Source of the DNA: Antedon mediterranea
Lineage: Eukaryota > Animalia > Echinodermata
Direction of reading: 5' to 3'
NCBI RefSeq assembly: GCF_964355755.1
Contig: NC_092673.1
Span: forward strand, 20,333,648 to 20,397,647
Length of the DNA: 64,000 bases
Below, in pieces: positions 39,048-52,977 of the stretch. Below the pieces are notes generated by a model that had not been told where the DNA came from, ran no database searches, and worked only from the letters and a program-made list of their open reading frames with translations. Made by a program: the position numbers and the translations under genes. Every line of letters starts with the position of its first letter. The stretch's first letter is position 1.

Positions 39048-42000
39048 TTATGAAAGTTTTCCAAGTTCAGCCTTTTTAAAAACTTCAGAAGCTGTGAAGA
39101 TCATTGCATCAATTATACCAGCTACTGTAAATGTTCCACCGACGATAGCACAGATCTGAAATAAAACCAAAGTGACACAGAACTAAAACTCTACATTATT
39201 TTCCTTCTAAAAATCATATTTTTCAGGAAATATGCATAAATAGGCTTTTTTCTTTTTACTGTACTATAGAAATTCACTTTCCGGTGATATACTGATAATT
39301 TATAACATTTAAGTAATTATGGGGAAAACACAAATTATGATTTTTATTTCACCATATTTATATACGCTCAACAGCGTATGCTACAATCAAGGTGTTCTCT
39401 TATGATAAGTGTCAATAGCTGTGTGTGTATACTAGTGCACCAGGGTAACCCCCTACTTGTCTCAAAAGATGTACTAGGTTCTTTAAAGTGAACATGAGCC
39501 AGATGTCTACACTGGACCTACAGTTTATAATCCTTATCCGAGAAGACTCGTTCTACCACCAGAACCATGGAGTGAGTGAGCCTCAAACCCTTGCAGATGT
39601 TAATATGGCAAGGTATTACGGTTCTACTGTCTTAACTGCTTGGCCACTCATATGACACTTTCAGAACCAAAACGTGTCACATACTGTAAGTAGGTGTTAG
39701 TGTTAAAACATATTATTGTTCCTCGTTTGTGTGATATAGGGGTGTCCTAGTGGAGAGGTTTTAAAGCTCAGGTGCAGGCATGAATTTTAAATATAATATC
39801 TGGTTAATTGTACATGAATGAATTGTTTGCCCGCACCTGGCCTCCTTTAAGTTCAACATGGTGGTAACAAGTCAAACTTACCGTTGTAATAAATGTATAG
39901 AATGGTGCTCTTTTTTCATGATATTTGACAGTAATTGGACTGATATCATATCTAAACCAGATGGCAGGTAGAACTCGATGGCCATGGTTTGACGACATAT
40001 ACGACTGAAATAAAATCATCACATTATTATGATACAAATTAGATGGTCAAAATGTGACACGGCTGTGGTACGTTTTTAATTAATTTTGGATATTAAGTAA
40101 AGTTCTATTTTTTCAATATTTGGGCAGTAGAAAAACAGTCTCAACAGTGCCTGTAAAAGACGATATTAGGATTACCACTATTTTGAAAATTAATCACCTG
40201 ATTGTATTCATGCAATTGAATTGGTTAATTATGTATCACGTTACATTTGGAATTAGCCCTATCTAACAAAAAGTGATATCTAATGGTTAATCAACACGCT
40301 CTAATGCACTTTCTGCAACATTTTGTGAATTGCCACGATTTTGACTATCGTGTTTTGCCGCATATAACTATTCTACTCAGTGTCTAAAGTTGGAGCACTG
40401 CCTATTTTAATGGCTTTAGTTTCCCAGCCTAGCATTCATCAATGATTATACCATGGATAAATTGAATAAAAGCAAGTGGTTATTAAATAATAATGAATGT
40501 TTTGTATTCGTTTAATGACGAGAATATTTCATTCGTTGAAAAATGCAATGCTCTGTTTTCAACTCATCTTGCGCCTCGTTAAAAATAGAGCAGTCAATTA
40601 TTCAACTAATGAAAAATTCTCACCATCCAACTCATAGACATTAATTATTTGTATTATAATAATATATCTCCATGCTAGAGACAACACTGCCTGTTTAATC
40701 GGTACCTTGTATGCATATGTGTATTGGTATGAGATGTTCTGTTTTCCTACTACATCTTCATATATAGTGGGAACAATCTTCATGTAATAATCATGCGAAT
40801 TCTCAGCTGTAAATAAAAAACAATTGTTTAAAAATAACTAAAATTCAAGATTCTAATACTGTAACCACACAATATAGAAAGACCAATTGTTACTTGTATA
40901 AATAAAAATAACTAAATAAGAACAACAGATTCTCAGGCTCCGTTCAAGATTCCAATAATGTAACCACACAATATAAAAATCTCAACAATACTTAAGCTTG
41001 AGAATGACCACCCTAAAAAAGGTATTTGTTTCCACTTTTAGTTACAGAATTTATAGTAAATATATGAAGTTAAAAGTTGGTTTATCCTTATCTTATCCTA
41101 TGTATTTGTTGTTCTTAAAAACCAACCCACATTCACTATATACCATATACCTGTATACTGTACAATCATTGATACAAATATAATATTTCTTGGCATTTAT
41201 AATAGTAGTTAATCAATTACTTAATTAAACATTACCTTTTCCACCTGACTTGTCTTTCCCTTTGAGTGGATTAAAGGCAGCATTTAAACTCTTTTCCTGA
41301 AAAGAAATATTTTTAATATAAATAATTTTAATTCAACACATAACACAAAAGCTTTATAAATTACCATGCATAGTCAGTGCTGTTTAAACAAATGATAAAT
41401 TGTGGTGTGATGGCCAGGATTTGAACCCAACACCTTTAGTAAGTAGGCTTGTCAACCATCAAGCTATAGTGCAACTACTGTAATTAAGGTGTGGTGCGCA
41501 TTACATATAAAAAAAAAAGAGGAAATTGTCAAATTTAAGTAAGTACAGTAGGTCTAAGTTTAGATTTACAAAAATTTGTTTTCTTAATATGTGCAATTGA
41601 TAAAAGAGATAATATATTTTAAAGCAATTTTCTAAAAAAGAGAGATTTGTTACTATATCAAAATTACTACTATAAAACAATTTGTGTGCATTTACAATAT
41701 TTCTTTTACTACTGTGAAAAACAATCTGAACAAACAATGGAGTTAAAACAGTTATTTTGTTATTAAGCTCCATGAACTAAGAACATTGTATTTCATAAAA
41801 TGCAAAAGGCATTATTAATGTTTTTTTATATTTTAAAGTACAGAAAAGTGTTTTATATAGTGTTATTAAATATTTTAATACTTTTAGCCAATTTAAATAT
41901 TTTTATATTTTAATATAAAATACTGTACACTAAAATATTTCCTATTTAAGGACGAAATAAAGTGAAAAATTGAAATTGAAAACAGATGTTTGGGTATGAT

Positions 42001-45000
42001 ATGAACAATATAAAAGATAAAATGAATTGCATACATTTGTTGACAAGCCCTTAAACAGGTGTGGGTTGTCCTTTGTGTTAATTCCAAAGGAAGCAATAAA
42101 ATTGGTAGAATGATATAGTATTAACATCAGTAAGATCAATATCAGTCTGATGATGGAGAACATCATTTACTATCTTTTCATTCTAACAATTGATATTCAC
42201 AAATTTAAATTTGAAATGTGTATTTCATAAACTTATATATCAACACATCAGGCACAGAACATGAATTCTAAACCGGCCGGTGTTATACTGAACATTTAAT
42301 TAATTAATATATAAAGGAAAATTACTGATTAAATGACAATGCTGTGGGTATCAGCAAGGCAATCTAACAACAGGATTTTGAGCTCTGGAGATCAAAGGGC
42401 TTATTTTATCTGTGGCTGCGACAAGACCAGTTCCACGCCCCTAAATAACAGACACTTGTGCGGCGGAGAGTACGTAGTACAGAACTGTTGGCAAGGCGAG
42501 CTTAAATCATTTAACTTAGATGTCTCTATTATAAATTGGTTTAAAGACTATCTTTGTGATCGTACGCACTTAACACAAGTAAATGGTGTCCGATCAGATA
42601 AATGCTATAGTAATTTTGGAATCCCCCAAGGATCAATTTTGGGACCATTCTTATTTATACTTTATGTAAATGATCTACCAAAGTATGTAAATAGTGTACA
42701 GATTAGTATGTATGCAGATGATACAGCTCTTTACTTTGCATCTTCTGATATAAATGAAGTACTTGCAAAAATGAATGAAGATTTAAAAAAAATCAAATCA
42801 TGGCTAGCAAGTAACAAGCTTAGTCTAAATGTAAATAATCAGTGTATGTTTATAGGAACACAACAAAGGCTTGCAAATAGCGAACATTGAAAATTTCAAA
42901 TTTAAACATAGACAAGGTTCGGCTACAAAGAGTAAAAAGCTGTAAACATCTAGGTGTTGTTATTGATGAATATTTACTGTGGGATAAACAAATAGATAAT
43001 GTTAAAAATAAAGTATTGCCAGGCTTGTACTACTTAAAAAAATCTTCAAATCTTGTCCCAAAACATGTATCTTGCTTAATGTATAATAGTATTATCTCTC
43101 CACAGTTTACCTATTGTAATATTGTGTGGGGCAGATCAAATAAAAAAATACTAATAAACTACAAATGCTACAAAACAGAGCAGCCAAAATTATTACAAAC
43201 ACAAGGAAATACGACTCAAGTACACAAGCCCTGCAAAACTTAAACTGGATAAATCTTAATACTCAACTGCATAATAATGAAGCCAAAATGTTATATAAAA
43301 TATTCCATAATCAAGCACCACCATATCTAAACGAACTATTTACATCCAAACTAGACACATACAATCCAAGATCAAAGGATGTATTAAAATTGGATAAACC
43401 CAAAACAGAATATAAAAAAAAAAGTTTTTCATATCATGGTGCTAGATTATGGAATACTCTAGAAAAACCAATGCAAAATGCCACAAATTTAAATACTTAA
43501 AAAAAATTATTGGTGTAATTTATTATTTATTTTTTATTTCTCTTAGAATAAATGTAATTAAGGTTTCTGTTTATATATTTTTTTTCTCTAATTTGTTATT
43601 TTAAAAATTTGTTATTTTAAAAATTTGTTATTTTAAAAATTTGTTATTTTTAAATGTGTATTGTATTACTGTTAGTTGATCACGGCCTTGTAGAAGAACA
43701 CCTTTATGGTGACACAAGCTTTTCCATGTTAAAATAAAGTATATATTATTATTATTATAGTGTCCTGTTGTTAGATTTCCTTAGTATCAGTGGCTGGATC
43801 TCAATAGAGATAACAAAATAATCAAAAAAATCAAAACGATAAAGTAAAAGAGCCAGAAAGAGAAACAAAAAAGACTAAATATGAAGGTGGAACTCCGGTA
43901 AATACTGCCATCTAAAAACACAGTTTTTGTTTTTCAAATACCAGCTGAGATCCAAATTAAAACAAGGCTAACTCCCAATAAAGGGAACACATCCCAAAAA
44001 AGGCTAGTCCTGATAATGATAAAACAGATTAAAACATCACTATCTCAATTGGAGTTACTCATTGTTTTATTATTATTTCCATTTACTTACAGTTAGATCA
44101 TCTCCAAATGATACTTCTTGTATAATATGTGAGAAGTCTACATTGGCAGGTTGTTGTCGGCCTGCTGCATGTGTTGAAACATGGAAATTCCCTGGTACCT
44201 GGAAATATTTTCAAAATATCAATGGAGTCAACAAAGCTGTTTTTATGTATTTTTTGTTGTATATGTTATAACTGTATATTTTTCTGGCTATGCAGGTTAT
44301 TAGTGCCACATGTACTACTGTATATTTGTATAGTAGCATGTGCATTCAAATGCATAACATTCTTTTATTGTATTGTAGGCATAAAATTCCATATCAAGTG
44401 GCTTCCTTTTTTAGATCTTAGCAATAAGCAAATATATATACCGTATATCCTCTGGTATAATCCCACTCTCCTAGAACACGAAATTGGGCCAATTTTGGGG
44501 ATGGGACTACACCCAGAGAAACAGAAAAGAGAAAAAATATAAATTGGTAAGCATTTTTTTGTAAAAACTCATCTAAACTGGCTAGAGAGAGGCCTACATC
44601 CAGATCAAAAGTCAATACTGGGACTATACCTGGGGATATGCCTGTTTCTGAAAGCAGACATAAATTAGGGCGTCGGATTAGACCTGAAAAGGGATTATAT
44701 CTGAGGATATAAGGTAGTAATAAAAGGAGGGTTGTACTGTAGTTGAAATACTTACTTTATTAATTGAAAACTTTGTTTCAAACTGACAACCAATACCTTT
44801 GTTGATTGGCGTCTTTTTTGTATTATCTACATAACCTACTTCATGTCGTCCCATCTCATCTTGAATGTCTAAACCAACAACTGCAAACAAAAACAATGAA
44901 AATGTGGAAATAAATTCATTTAAAAGTTTGATACTGTATATAATTTATTTTGATAACAAACTGAAGAAATAAAACAAATTATTTGACGGATTTTGTCAAA

Positions 45001-46726
45001 ACATAAAACTCACTATTAAGGGTCAAGTATTAAATCAAATTAAATTAATTATGTCATTGTAGTGGAGCTTGGTGGTTAATGTGCTTTCCTTCCAATCCTA
45101 AAGTCCGGGGTTCAATCCTGACCTATAGTGCCAGGGTTGTAACTCAGAGTCATTACTCTTAACTCCACTCCCTAAGCCTCAAATGAGACTTTATAAGCAT
45201 GATAAATTATAAAATAGTTTATCTATTCTGTATTGACAAGTTACTCACTGTTAGATGTGTATTAAATATAAACAATTTAGTTCAATCATAGTTTTTAAAG
45301 CAGAGATGTACAGTAATATAATATTAAACCTAAAGCTCGGTCCATAATATCAAACTTTATGTGACAAAAAAATGTGATATGAAAAATGTCCATATATGGA
45401 CATGATGACACCATAATTATCACACTAGTTTGACAGTGTAGACAGGGCTTAAGAAAGTTGCAATACATACCACTACAAGGCATCTTGAGAAGAGTGATGT
45501 TGATTTTTACATTTAATCTTTCCACTTCACCTGGATTATCCACAAATAGTTCGCTAACGCTGAAGAGAAAAAATGTATATTTGTCAACAAAAAGTTCAAA
45601 ATTTAACTGAGCATAGACTTAGGAGGAATTTGTAAAGAAGAACAAAAGATACAGTACTGGTCGCTCACAATTCGTGTGGCAAATTCTAAGTAAAAATAGA
45701 GTGCAATCGGTTCATAAAGAAGTGTCTAGAGAAAAAAACTAAAATGAAAAACGAAAACTTAAACTTCAGTAGGAAACAATTTCCTTTTGTGGATTTTAGT
45801 CTTAAATCTTGTTTTTACTTACACTTCTGGTGATACAAAAAATTTAAACTCAGAGACAAGCAGAAAGGTGATAAATAAACCACTTAAAACAGAAACTGAA
45901 AAAAAATAAAATTAAAACATAATCAAAAGTTGAATTTTATTACACTATAGCTGCCAAATGTGGACATTTTAAATATATTTAGACCTACAGTTACAGATAT
46001 GATGGGTGAGGCCTTTGCAAATATTTACTACTTTACTTACCAAGGGCTCCTGCAAGAGTGGGTTGCGTCAGGTCTTTGGGAACCTTCCGGTATATATCAA
46101 GTCTAAATAAAAACATTAAAAAACATTTATTATTATATTTCATATTTAGTACACAGTAGTAAGTACAGCAGTAAACATATTTATATATTATACTGTATTC
46201 ATTGGGACAGCAGCTGGTAGTAGTAGTATTAGAATAGTAGGGGTGTTGGAGGGGACATAATTAATTGTTTAAACTCCTCCCTTCCAGTCCTATCTGCTGT
46301 GTGTTGTTTGTGACTGTACACCCCAGTTACTACAGTTCTGTTCAAACATGAACACACACATCACATATATTTTAATCAATAATAATATATATGTCTAATG
46401 TATTCGACTTTTTTTTACTCATTTTGCTTAAATACATACCCAAAGGCATGACCCACATCAATTAATCGGACATATCAGCTCCTTCTACTTATTGGAGGCA
46501 AGCATACCAAGTACAGCTAGCCTGGCTAGGCTATCTGATAGTTAGTAATAGGCCTATAATAGAAGAGCCTAAAGCCAAGCCTAGCATTGCCATAGCCTAC
46601 TACTAGGAACTAGCTAGATTCTAATCTAATCCTACTTAATAAAATAACTCGGAATCACTCCTGATTTTAATGTATACACGTGGCAAGCATTTATCTATAA
46701 ACATACCTCCTAACATCAAACACCAT
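39048..46726 (-). CDS. ERGIC1: ER-Golgi intermediate compartment protein 1. Exons 46707-46726, 46041-46102, 45823-45895, 45471-45559, 44756-44880, 44091-44198, 41236-41296, 40706-40806, 39882-40004, 39048-39155
   Basis: MVFDVRRLDIYRKVPKDLTQPT, VGLDIQDEMGRHEVG, INKVPGNFHVSTH, SHDYYMKIVPT, PAIWFRYDISPITVKY and ICAIVGGTFTVAGIID...ELGKLS* match ERGIC1/ERGIC-32 over its whole length. Confidence 0.96.
39415..39652 (-). mobile_element. Deu/Nin-type tRNA SINE copy
   Basis: Its reverse complement aligns with 6296-6510. Confidence 0.8.
42185..42496 (-). mobile_element. Short 3' end of another LINE, lying back-to-back with the plus-strand LINE
   Basis: The minus strand gives CLLFRGVEL (compare the SF.YRG..LWN motif), then a 3' UTR ending in a TTCAAAT-type tail. 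Confidence 0.4.
42497..43758 (+). mobile_element. 5'-truncated CR1/L2-group LINE (RT domain to 3' tail) in an ERGIC1 intron
   Basis: WFKDYLCDR, GIPQGSILGPFLFILYVNDL, MYADDT, NKLSLN, KHLGV.ID, LQNRAAKII and SFSYHGARLWN, with frameshifts and an (ATT)n tail. Confidence 0.92.
44441..44714. mobile_element. Tc1/mariner-type MITE
   Basis: TA|CCGTATATCCTC..GTATAATCCC ... GGGATTATATCTGAGGATATAAGG|TA. Confidence 0.65.
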
Positions 46727-46969
46727 TTTGACGTAATAAAGCTGGAACAGTTTTGTGCTTGGATTTAACTAAATTTAAGTACAGGGGCTAAGCCGGTTGT
46801 TATTGTACAGATGGACGTAAAGGCGAGGTCAGTCCCGGATTTGGGAAGCTTTACACACCGACCGGTTTGAAGACAAATCAGTAGTACACAGCAGGTATAT
46901 AAACTATACCAAACTGGCGAGTAAATCATGTTTTACTTTTTAAACCTCGCAACGTCTGGTTGAAAAGGC

Positions 46970-47075
46970 TACTCGGACCAATAATTTCTATTAGCCTAGG
47001 GGTTATTGCGATTTGGACGTTTCTGATTGGCTGTAGCCATGGACTATATTGATTAACACTGTTCTGATTGGTTGT
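46970..47075 (-). promoter_or_regulatory. CCAAT-box cluster upstream of ERGIC1
   Basis: GGACCAAT (~46976), CTGATTGGCT (~47023) and CTGATTGGTT (~47064), within 350 bp of the ATG. Confidence 0.45.
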
Positions 47076-47114
47076 AGCTTTGAATACATCTTCTCGGAAC
47101 TCGTCCTTAATACA

Positions 47115-50100
47115 ATAGCAATTTAGCACAGTGTTTTACTATATAACCAGATAAATAATAGGAAACATTTAATAATTTGATAAATGACATTTAAATAGAA
47201 ATTTAGGTAAATGTCTTTTGAAATGAAATTAAATAAATTATAACCAATTTGGTTAGAGTAAAACACAATGATAAAGAATAGGAAACATTTAATAATATGA
47301 TAAATTACATTTACATAGCAATTTAGCACTGTGTTTTACTATAACCAATTTGGTTAGAGTAAAACACAATGATAAAGAATAAGAAACATTTAATAACATG
47401 ATAAATGACATTTACATAGCAATTTAGCACTGTGTTTTACTATAACCAATTTGGTTAGAGTAAAGCACAATGATAAAGAATAGGAAACATTTAATAACAT
47501 GATAAATGACATTCACATAGCAATTTAGCACTGTGTTTTACTATAACCAATCATATTAGAGTAAAACACAATGATAAAGAATAGGAAACATTTAATAATA
47601 TGATATATAACATTTACATAGCAATTTAGCACTGTGTTTTACTATAACCAATTTGATTAGAGTAAAACTCAACGATAAAGAATAGGAAACATTTAATAAC
47701 AGGATAAATTACATTTACATAGCAATTTATCACTGTGTTTTTCTATAACCAATTTGGTTAGAGTAAAACACAATGATAAAGAATAGGAAACATTTAATAA
47801 TATTATGATAAATTACATTTACATAGCAATTTATCACTGTGTTTTACTATAACCAATTTGGTTAGAGTAAAACACAATGATAAAGAATAGGAATTTAATA
47901 ATATGATATATAACATTTACATAGCAATTTAGCACTGTGTTTTACTATAACCAATTTGGTTAGAGTTAAACACAATGATAAAGAATAGGAAACATTTAAA
48001 AATATGATAAATGACATTCACATAGCAATTTAGCACTGTGTTTTACTATACCAATTTGATTAGAGTAAAACACAATGATAAAGAATATGAAACATTTAAT
48101 AATATGATAAATTGCTAGCACTGTGTTTTACTATACCAATTTAGTTTTGGATAAAGAATATGAATTTAAAGAATGGATATAATATGATATGATACAATAT
48201 GATTTTCTCCCAATTAGTAAGACATTTTGGAATACTGCGTGCGCAGTGCACCTAACAAGATCATGTTCGCTATTTAAAACTCACATTTTAAAACCGTAAA
48301 CGCATAAATTTGCGGACATACTCGTAAAACACACTTCCAGAGATTTAATAATTTTAACAGTACTACAAAATCCATAATATAAAGTAGTATAGATTTGTAC
48401 AAAAAGAGCAGAACAATTAAATTAACTGTCATTACATCTACTGAACTGTCTCATTACATCTACTGAAAAATTCATCGCGATGAATTTATTTATAATACAC
48501 CAATCAGATCACACGCAATTAGTATGGAATGCCAGTTTAGGCGATGATAAAATCGCGTCGATGATGCAATGAAAATTGCGTCGATGTGATGAAATTGCGT
48601 CGATGAATATAGTATTGATGTAATGAAAATATAAGTCGATGTGATGAACATTGCGTCGATGAAAATTGCGTCGATGTAATGAAAATTGCGTTAATGTGAT
48701 GAAAATTGCGTCGATGAAAATTGCGTCGATGAAAACTGCATCGATGAAAACTGCATCGATAAATTGTGATCTCCCTGCCGGTATGATTTGAATATGATGT
48801 CATGGATGCTGGACATCTGAATTTTATGTACTGAACTGGTGGATTAACGGAAGCAATTAGCTAGAAGATATAATGTGTCCGAAAGGACAATAATGGATCC
48901 ATTGCTAAAATGTGTTGACACTAAATCACTAAAATGTTAATCAGTGCATATATTTCAACATTGTTTTAGTGCGCGCTCACTGTGCGCTTGTCTATAACGC
49001 GCGCTAGCGCAAGCGGTAAACATGTTTATCATATCAAAATATTCAGAAACCGTCAATTTTTAGCAACATAATAACATTATTAACATCATTATTAACATCA
49101 TCATTTACTTTACTAGTAGTCATTTTCATCATTGATTGAATTAAAACCATTTGGAATTTTCATAATCAATTAAATTCATCACATCAATTTTCATCGATGC
49201 AGTTTTCATCGACGCAATTTTCATCGATGCAGTTTTCATCGACGCAATTTTCATCGACGCAATTTTCATCGATGCAATTTTCATCGACGCAATGTAAATT
49301 GCGTCGACGCAATCTACATTGCGTCGATGCAATTTTCATCGACGCAATTTCATCATCGACGCAATTTTTATCATCGCCAAAAACTTGTGTAAAACGGCGT
49401 TCCATAATTAGTGACGAATCGCATATTCGCCGTTTATTGTTGAGGCGCGTAAACAGTGTGCGCAATGCACGTTTTCTTCCCATAAAGCACAATGATATAG
49501 AATAGGAAACATTTAATAATAATGATTATTTACTTAGCAATTTATCACTGTGTTTTATTATAACCAATTTGGTTAAAGTAAAACATAATGATAAAGAATA
49601 GGAAACATTTAATAATTTGATAAATGACATTTACATAGCAATTTAGCACTGTGTTTTACTATAACCAATTTGGTTATGGTAAAGCACAATGATATAGAAT
49701 AGGAAACATTTAATAATATGATAAATGACTTACATAGCAATTTAGCACTGTGTTTTACTATAACCAATTTGGTTATGGTAAAGCACAATGATATAGAATA
49801 GGAAACATTTAATAATATGATAAATGACTTACATAGCAATTTAGCACTGTGTTTTACTATAAACAATTTGGTCAAAGTAAAACACAATGATAAAGAATAT
49901 GAAACATTTAATAATTTGATAAATGACATTCACATAGCAATTTAGCACTGTGTTTTACTATAACCAATTTGGTTATGGTAAAGCACAATGATATAGAATA
50001 GGAAACATTTAATAATATGATAAATGACATTAACATAGCAATTTAGCACTGTGTTTTACTATAACCAATTCGGTTATGGTAAAGCACAATGATATAGAAT

Positions 50101-50730
50101 AGGAAACATTTAATAATAATGATTATTTACATAGCAATTTATCACTGTGTTTTACTATAACCAATTTGATTAGAGTAAAACACAATGATATAGAATAGGA
50201 ACATTTAATAACATGATAAATGACATTCACATAGAAATTTAGCACTGTGTTTTACTATAACCAATTTGATTAGAGTAAAGCACAATGATAAAGAATAGGA
50301 AACATTTAATAATATGATAAATGACATTTACATAGTAATTTATCACTGTGTTTTACTATAACCAATTTGGTTAGAGTAAAACATTTTAAATATGATAAAT
50401 GATATTTAGCACTGCGCTGGATACAGTAAAACACAAATAAAGAATAGAAAACATATAATAATATGATACATTTACATACAAATTTAGTATTGTGTTTTAC
50501 TATAGCCAATTTGGTTACAGTAAAACACAATGATAATGAAACATTTATTATATGATGTTATTTACATAGCAAAATATTATATTAAACATATCTTATTATC
50601 TAAACGTTATGATAAAGAATAGGATACATATAATGTAATAATATAATAAATACAAGTTACATAGTTTATCATCTTGTTTTACAGAACCAATTTGGTGACA
50701 CAGTTAAACACAGTGATAAAGAATAGATAC
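47115..50730 (-). repeat. 101-bp satellite, left array (interrupted at about 48205-49480 and degenerating toward 50730)
   Basis: Tandem unit ATAGCAATTTAGCACTGTGTTTTACTATAACCAATTTGGTTAGAGTAAAACACAATGATAAAGAATAGGAAACATTTAATAATATGATAAATGACATTTAC. Confidence 0.95.
48520..49410. mobile_element. Foldback-like element with inverted subterminal arrays of a 15-bp unit (GATGAAAATTGCGTC)
   Basis: GGCGATGATAAAAT.GCGTCGATG at 48540 and its reverse complement ending at 49378. Arrays lie at 48540-48760 and 49175-49378. No clear TSD. Confidence 0.6.
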
Positions 50731-52430
50731 TGTTTTAGGTTATATAACCCTAACCCTAGTTTGAAGCGACATAATAAATTCATCGCGAAAAAGTACGTAT
50801 CGTATTCAGAAACTTTTGAAATTTGTTAGATATGTTTAATAGGTTCTTACGTCTATAAAACAAACAAAAAATATAAATTTCACGAAAAATTCGTGATTTT
50901 AATAATTTGCATTTCTAAAAATGTACACTTATGAAATACCATACATTTTCCAACACATTTTTACTTCATTGATGATTCCCAGAAATCAAAATAAAACAAA
51001 TTATGATATTTCTTTTACATTATAGATGTAAGAACCTATATTGAACCTGTACAAAATTTCAAACGTTTTTTAAGACGATACGTATTTTTATCGATGAATT
51101 AAGTATGTGATCGCTTCAAACTAGGGTTAGGGTTAAATAACCTAACAGTTCCATTCTTTAACACTGTGTTTAACTTTTAACCAAATTGGTTTTAGTACAA
51201 CACAATGATAAACTATGTACATTTTATTTTTCATATTACATTATAGGATACATTATAATGTAATAATAATAAATACAAGTTACATAGTTTATCACCTTGT
51301 TTTACAGAACCAATTTGGTTACACAGTTAAACACAGTGATAAAGAATAGACACTGTTTTAGGTTTTATAACTTTAACCCTAGTTTGAAGCGATCACATAC
51401 TTAATTCATCGCGAAAAAAAACGTATCGTATTCAGAAACATTTGAAATTTGGTAAATATGTTCAATAGGTTCTTACGTCTATAAAACAAACAAAAAATAA
51501 AAGTTTCAAGACAAATTCGTGATTTTAATAATTTGCATTTCTAAACATTTACACTTATGAAAGACAATACATTTCCAACACATTTTTACTTCATTGATGA
51601 TTCCCAGAAATCAAAATAAAACTATTAGGATATTTCTTTTGCATTATAGATGTAAGAACCTATATTGAACATATCTACCAAATATCAAACGTTTTTCAAG
51701 ACGATACGTATTTTTAGCGATGAATATTAAATATGTGATCGCTTCAAACTAGGGTTAGGGTTAAATAAACTAAAACAGTTCTATTCTTTATCACTCACTG
51801 TGTTTAAACACAATGATAAACTTATATGTAAATTTTATTTTTCATAACATAAAATGTTTGATATTCTTTATAATATTTAATATTATATTTTAGGCCTACT
51901 ATTAATGACGTATAAATGCACACTACATCTGAAATAACTTTCTACTTCATTGGCGATTCTTACCAAAAAAAAAGAACTAATTTTGTTATGTATATAGAGC
52001 AACCTATTATAACATGTCTTGTATGATTTTTATCTCGTTTCAATGACATTTTATACTACAATTCAAATGAAAAAGCATCACAAAAAAATACGTCTGGTAT
52101 TCAAAAAGTTTCTAAACTCGGTACACAGAAAAAACGAATATGTTGAAAATGTATGGTCTTTCATAAGTGTGAATTTTTAGAAATGCAAATAATGGAAGTC
52201 ATCGATTTGTCTTGAAATTTATAATTTGTTTCGTCTTATTGAACATATCTATACAAAATGTCAAACGTTTCTGAATACGATACGTTTTTTTTCTCGATGA
52301 ATTTATAATGTCGCTTCAAACTAGAGGGTAGGGTAGTAACCTAACAAGTATCTATTCTTTATCACTATGTTTAACTGTGTAACCATATTGGTTCTAATAA
52401 AAAACAATGATAAACTATGTAAATTGTATG
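50730..52430. repeat. Central tandem modules of ~600 bp, each an inverted repeat bounded by AACCCTAACCCTAGTTTGAAGCGA / TCGCTTCAAACTAGGGTTAGGGTT
   Basis: Modules at about 50735-51150 and 51355-51780, plus a degenerate inverted one at about 52100-52430, joined by decayed satellite units. Confidence 0.8.
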
Positions 52431-52977
52431 TTTCATATATTACATTTTTGCCAAAAAAAATTATTGGGAATGTCAAATTTCTTTTTCATGACATATATCT
52501 ACAAATTTCAGAAGCTTTTGAATACGAGTATTTTACGCGATGTTTTTTTATCCTCATTTTAATATTTTGGTAATGTAATTCACATGCATAAAGTTTTGTA
52601 TCCAAAAATTGTTTATTCTTGGGTAGAAATGAGGAAATAAATAGTATTCCTGTATAATATAATAATCAATAATAAAGTATAAAAAAAAGTGTTGTGTAAA
52701 CGAACGTTTTTTACGCTTCGAATTTTCTGTTACATTATGTTTGAATTGAAGCTACAGATATTGAATCATGGACCTATAAATTAGTAATTTATAGGTCCAT
52801 GATTGAACATATCGTCACTCACCACACATTTTTTGTTTTGTATTTCGAAAGTATTTATTCTAAAGAACAATTGATGCAAACATCAAGTGCGTATCTTATT
52901 TCATTAATTAATTATATTAATTATAATTTGGCGATTATTCGTCACACGAAGCGTCGAATATCGATTCGTCTCGTCAT

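Noticed and set aside
50745-51765. Telomere or interstitial telomeric array
   Set aside because: There are only two TTAGGG units per site, embedded in repeat modules.
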